Assembly (NCBI RefSeq): GCF_009914755.1 | Contig: NC_060939.1 | Length of the DNA: 64,000 bases | Strand: one strand, 5' to 3' | Source: the human T2T-CHM13v2.0 reference genome, Homo sapiens | Part shown: positions 58,301-64,000 of the stretch, in pieces | How positions within the stretch are numbered: the stretch's first letter is position 1 | How the letters are laid out: every line of letters starts with the position of its first letter | Notes under the pieces: model-generated | The model's database searches: none | The model's input: only the letters and a program-made list of their open reading frames with translations | What the model was told of the DNA's origin: nothing | Made by a program: the position numbers and the translations under genes

Positions 58301-61111
58301 GCAATGAGAACACATGGACACAGGGCAGGGAACATCACACACTGGGGCCTATCGGTTGGTGGGGAGAGCTGGGGGAGGTGTAGTATTAGGAGAAATACCT
58401 AATGTAAATGTCAAGTTGATGCGTGCAGCAAACCAACATGGCACATGTATACCTATGGAACAATCCTGCACGTTGTGCGCATGCACCCTAGTACTTAAAG
58501 CATAATTTTAAAAAAGCAAAAGAAGAAAGGAGACCCTATCTAGTCATATGCTGTCCGCCAATTAGAGTCAGTCCCACCGACCACTGATTTCTTACGTGCT
58601 CTTCTTTCTGTTCAGAACCCATCTGCAGAGCCTCTGGAGCCTTGAAGGCAGTGGCCGGCAGTTCCCACCACAGCCCTCTCTCCTGTCTCCTCCCGGATTC
58701 TCTTTGCTTTTAACATTTCTGTTCCCTCTCCGAATTCCCTGCTCTGTTATCTGCCCCCCACCTCTCCATCCCCTCCACCACCTTGAGGTCTCTCCCCAGA
58801 ACTTTCTCTCTCTTAGCAGTGGAAGCTGAGCACAGGGGAACCCTGGTCTGCAGGAGCTGAACTGGCCTTGGCACCCACACCTGCCTGGGGACAGCCAGGA
58901 GGAGCTCCACCCACTGCTAGCCAAGCTGTCCCTCACGACCATCATGGGGCAAGGGCTGGCCACCTATGGAGTCAGCCAAGTGGGTTTCTTGTGCCTCTAG
59001 GAACATCCAGTAAAATCTCTTGGTTCCCAAATTAAAGCAGCCACCATTTCGTGAGTGCTTCCTATGGGCCAGGCTCTGGGCTCAGCCCCTAGAAGCATTA
59101 CCTATTTTAATGCTCCAACAACAGCAGGCACAGTTATTGTAACTTAATTCCCCGGAGAGCACACAGAGCATGAGGGGACTTCTCAAGGTCCCAGAATAGG
59201 AGAAAGGCAAGGCCAGGCTTAGACCCCCCGACATGCCTGCTGTTGGCCCCTGTCTCTGCTGCCTCCCCCATACTCTGTCCCTAGACTTTCCTCCATGAAA
59301 ACTGCTTTTCAATTTAATTTTTGTTTAACTTTTATTTTATTGGGCAACACTTTATCCTATAAAATAGACTGAGTGTTCCCTACACGAGAACTGCTTTTGT
59401 CCTCGAGTGGAGTCCAATGAAACCCACTGAATTTGTCACTGATAACAGCTGAAGGTGTGCCCTTCCCAGGGCCGTTCGCGTGTCCTATACTATATTCTTC
59501 TAGGCCCAGACAATACATCTGTGATGGCAGAATTTCAAACAGACAGGGAGTGGAGCAGATCACTTTGATTTGGGAATGGGGCAGCCCAGAGGTCCCGCAA
59601 CACCCCCTCCAGGAGGCTGCCTCCTCTGCTGTCTCATAAAGCTGCCCCATCCGCCCGCCACAGTGAAGCAATCAGACCCTCTGTTCCCTTGTTCACTGCT
59701 CACCTAGCTTGGCTCCGAGACCAGTGTTGTAGACCTATTAATTATCAGGATAATTACGGACGGGGAAATCCAGACACAGATACAATCAGTGCCCTCCTCC
59801 ACCTCCCCGCACACGCCCCTCCCGGTCTCCCTGACATCCTGGTGTGCACTGTGTTCCCCTGCCATCTCCACGCTGCGGCTCCTACTAGACCCACCCCTGC
59901 CGGTGCCAAAATGCCCAAAGGAAGGCTGAGTCATGCTCTGGCCTGCCCAGCCGCAATAGTCATGCTGCAACTCCCATGGAAAACCTCCTTTCACCCACTC
60001 CAGAGGTCTGAGACACCCTAATGGGCCAAGTCCTTTCCCCTCACCCATAGAGCTCAAACTGCCTCTCACCTTGCCCCCTTCCAACTCAGGCTGTAGAAAA
60101 CACTGGATAAAGTAAGGCTTACTAACCAAGCATCCCTGCACCTAAAAATGGACCGCTTAATTTCAGGACCCCCTGAAATTGTCAGCAAAAGTTTCTCTGT
60201 GCACATCTGTACATTTAGCTGGGAAGACTCCACAGCTTATATCAGATCGTCACAGAGTCCCAAGCCCCAATGGGGTAAGAATCTCTGAATCTAACATGTC
60301 ACAGAGACCACCCCCTATAACACTTTACCAAGAACTTAATCCTCCATGAGCTCGCCTAATGCCTGCTCCTCTGTGGACAGGCAAGCCATCACTTGGGTTG
60401 GGAGCACCAGCCTGCAGCCAGACTACCTGGGTTTTTCATCCCAATACTGCCACTTTCTAGCTATGTCACCTCGGTTTCCCTGTCAGAAAAAAATGAGACC
60501 ACATGGCATCTTGGTTTCCTCCTTGGATCACTACAGGGAGTGGCAGCAGCCTGGCTGCTCCAATTGGAACTTAAAAATCACTAGGGATCATGCAGGTCAT
60601 AAACAAAAGGAAGAAGCACTACTATGGACTCAGGCTGCAGTTACAGTCAACAACCCTCCCTCCACCAAGATCAGCACAGAGAGTCTCTCCCCAACATCCT
60701 CATATCACAGCACGCTCCAGGACTGGGGAATCCCTGAGGATGGCTCAGGGCAGCCCAGCCTCCTTTCTGAAAACAGGATTCAGAGCTCATAGAAGCCTCC
60801 CTGCCCTGGGAGTCTCAAGAGAGCACTTAAGCACAGACACCTGGTTTAGCTTGGTAGGCACCCCTAGCCTGCGGAGCTTACCCCCGCCGCACACATCTGG
60901 AGAGTCAACCATTACAAAGAGAAATAGCAGGACTGGTCCTGCCCCTCCGGGATGGTGCCGCCAGTCTAGAGTAAAATGCCAAGCACGGGCTCAAGACTCC
61001 TGCCGAGGCCAATGGTAAGCCAGGCTGCTTCAGGAAGGGAGGGAGGAGAAGGGAGGGAAGAAGAGAGGGAAGAGGAAGGAGGGAGAAAGGGATGGAAGAG
61101 GGAAGAGAATC

Positions 61112-61256
61112 AGAGAGGGAGGGGAGGAGGAAGAGAGAGAAGGCGGGAGGAAGGAAGAGAGGGAGGGGAGGAGGAAGAGAGAGAAGGCGGGAGGAAGGAA
61201 GAGAGGGAGGGGAGGAGGAAGAGAGAGAAGGCGGGAGGAAGGAAGAGAGGGAGGGG
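61112..61256. repeat. 44-bp purine-rich minisatellite, ~3.3 identical copies, within a GA-rich tract (61035-61291)
   Basis: Unit agagagggaggggaggaggaagagagagaaggcgggaggaagga; its single C recurs at 61144, 61188 and 61232. Confidence 0.92.
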
Positions 61257-61350
61257 GAGGTAGAAGGGAGGAGAGGGAGGGAAGGAAGGAGGCTCTTCAA
61301 GCCTCTCCAAGCCTCTCCATCCCTCCCTCTTCAAGGCAAAATATACTTTC

Positions 61351-61382
<32 letters not shown>

Positions 61383-61659
61383 CAAAAAAAACCCCCCTTC
61401 ATCCTTTTCCTTTCTGAACAAGAGCTTTGTAACACTAGATGGTTGATCCGAAAATAACTATTTAGCCCTTAGACAGAGGTGTTTTTTAACAGGAGAAGCT
61501 GAGATATTTTGAAAGCCACCCCTGAGGGGAGAAAGTTGTGCAGAAGGCACTAATTGTCAACGCTCCCCAAGGACAGCCTGCCTGTTCCAAGGCAGGAGGA
61601 AAGGGCCGAGCTGTCAGCGCCCGATTCCTGGGGGAGTCTGCCTCGCCCGCGCTCAGCCA

Positions 61660-62000
61660 GCCAGGCCAGCTTCCTGCCCGGCATGGAGGAGATAAAACAC
61701 AGGAACACAGACGATCTTACATAACCGAAGCGGGACTGAACATTTTCAGCAAATTACCTCTGTTATGAGCTCTGCCATAAAATCGCCTCACAAGTGAATT
61801 TAGTTTTTCTTCCCTCCGTGCCCAATCAATTAGCACATGAGTAATACCAAGCCCATTAGGACAAACTGATGCCGGGGGAGTTATGTCATCTGCTATAGAA
61901 ATGATTGCTTAATATACCAGTTGGCTCCGAGGAGCTCTTAGCCACACACAATCTTGCCATAATCGATAGCAACAGTCAAACAACGCTGTTTCCAACGAGA
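61660..62000. promoter_or_regulatory. Putative developmental enhancer / conserved non-coding element
   Basis: Apparently unique block with GCCATAAAA, ATCAATTAG, ATCGAT, ATAGCAAC and TGTCA motifs and several retained CpGs. Confidence 0.45.
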
Positions 62001-62554
62001 ACACTGCTGGGCAGAGCCTGAGCCAGAGCCAGTGTCGGGGACACAGAAGCTGAGTGGGCCCCAAATACCAGCTCCCTCCCTCCACCTTCCTCCTCCAACC
62101 TCCCCTCCCTGCTGCTGCCCTTCAAAGCCAACAGGAGAAGCCTGATGGTGGCTCAGAGAAATAGAACCCCGGACAGGTGGGGTGGGGGCAGCGACGGTGA
62201 GAGGGAGTGTCACTGTGGGGGCAGGGGAGTGTGCAGAGAAAGCCTGGAAGACAGGGCTTGCCAGAGCCTGGGAGTTGTGGGAATTCCTATCCAAGAGAAA
62301 AAGGAAAGGCATGGAACTCTTTCTGCCTCCATATTTCCTAGCAACTGCAGAATGGGCTTTCAAAAGGAATATTGAAAGATGTGTGAGATTAAACCCTCCG
62401 TGGAGCTGAGCATATGTGCATGCTCAAGGCATGTGTATGTGTGCACGTGTGTGGGCACATTCACACATATAAGCATAAACAAGGACAGGTGCCCACACCT
62501 ACAAGTATATGTTTACATGTATGCATGTACAGTTGGTGGGGTCAGCATGGAGGG

Positions 62555-62557
<3 letters not shown>

Positions 62558-62606
<49 letters not shown>
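62558..62606. repeat. (TG)24 microsatellite within a degenerate purine-pyrimidine alternating tract (62410-62672)
   Basis: Directly visible. Confidence 0.97.
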
Positions 62607-62608
<2 letters not shown>

Positions 62609-62839
62609 CTACTGGAGTACTGCATACATGTGTGCATATGAGTATACATTTGTGTGCAGGTATGTGCATGTGTTCCTATTATCCTAGAATGCAGCCGTCC
62701 TGCAAGATTAGCCGGCCTCCCCTATCACGTTGTTCAATCACAATTCTGGGCTGCAGAAACCAAAGGTAAAAGCTAAAAGCCTTTTCCCCAAGATGATAGG
62801 GAAGAGAGACAGCGAACTGCAGCTGGCAGCCACCTGAGC

Positions 62840-63070
62840 GTGGCATCATGGAAAAGTACCAGCTTGGTTTTGGAGCTAGATCGCCCTTGGATCTGGGCCC
62901 TGCCCTGCCATCTAGAAGGGCAAGTTCTTTAATTTCCCTGGGCCGCAGTTGCCTCATCTGTAAAACAGAGATGTCAGCGTGACCCCAAGAAGGCTAGGCT
63001 AAGGGTTGGTGCGCAGAAAGCACTTAGCAGAGCCTGCCAGAGGAAGCATGCACTCAACTCAGCTATTGTG
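62840..63070 (+). mobile_element. MIR SINE
   Basis: 'gggcaagttctttaatttccctgggccgcagttgcctcatctgtaaaacagagat...aaagcacttagcagagcctg'. Confidence 0.8.
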
Positions 63071-64000
63071 ATTCACTGCTGTGCTCCTGCCATCTCCTTG
63101 GTTGCCCAGACAAGGACCCAGATCTCCAGCCCCTCCCTGCTCCAGGCGAGGCTGAGGGAGCCACTCCATTTCCCTCCTAGCACCTCAGAGAAGAGTTGCC
63201 ATATCCCAGAGTGTGAGCACATCTCACTAGCAGTGTTTGCAGCCTTAGTCTCCACCCATCTCCTCTGGGCAGGCCCCTCGCCCCCTGGCTAGCTGGATGT
63301 CTCGCTGGCAAAGTAATTCTTGGCCTCCATAGTCAGGCAGAGCTGCTTTCAACTAGCTACAAGCCCATGGGCCGGGGGCAGAGAGGGTGAGGGCCCAGCT
63401 TACATGGGTGAACCCAGGAGTCTGGCATCTCACACACAGCAAAAGAGACACTGGCCTTGCAAACCTTAAATCCTTTACAGATGAGGAAACAAGTTCCCAA
63501 GGTCAGCCAGTGAGTTAGAGCCAGGGCCCGCATCAGACCCAGAGATGTGGGTGTGGAAGTGGGATTTTGTTCCCATGTCAGTGGCAGGGTTGGGGGTAGG
63601 GGAGGCTGGACCACAAAGCATGCTGGGAGGGAAAATGGACCTGTGGCTATGAGGAGGGGCAAATTAATAACTGGGTATTGTGGGGAGCAGAGGAATGGGT
63701 GCAGAAATGAGTGTCCAGTCCTCTGAAATGTTCCATGTTTAGAAGCAAGTTGAGTGCCCTCTTTTCCTCCCTAGCCTCATTTTACCCATTCATAAAATGG
63801 AAGAATGGACTCTCTAAGCCTACTCTCTCTCCCATGTTTGATGCTCTGGGACTGGGCTGTCGGGTCCCTGGGACATGGTTGCATGAGCTATAATCTTGCT
63901 AGCAGCCGTGGATGGAGAGGTGGGAGTGGAGAGATTCTGGGGTGGTGCAGCTGTGCTCCTGCCCTCCGCTCCTGTTGTAGTGTGGAAAAAAGTATTCTTC

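Overview
Primate (very likely human) non-coding genomic DNA, intronic or intergenic. I see no supportable protein-coding exon, RNA gene or CRISPR array; the listed ORFs are chance ORFs, simple-repeat translations, or Alu/LINE-1 fragments. The window is rich in ancient repeats (many MIR, L2, CR1/L3, MLT1 and LTR16 LTRs, hAT MITEs). It also holds ten full-length Alus, one short Alu stub, a ~5.4 kb old antisense L1M, a TSD-flanked L1MA carrying nested THE1 and Alu insertions, and a near-full-length disabled L1PA (L1PA6-like). Between the repeats are several unique blocks dense in homeodomain, TALE, TCF and forkhead motifs that look like developmental enhancers; this is inference, as conservation cannot be tested here. 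The most striking unexplained structure is an inverted repeat at 24127-24303 that I cannot assign to any repeat family. It has 78-bp arms with a single mismatch and a 21-nt spacer, and could form a fully paired long hairpin RNA on the minus strand or a DNA cruciform. Repeat subfamily names are from recalled diagnostic motifs, and boundaries of old repeats are approximate.
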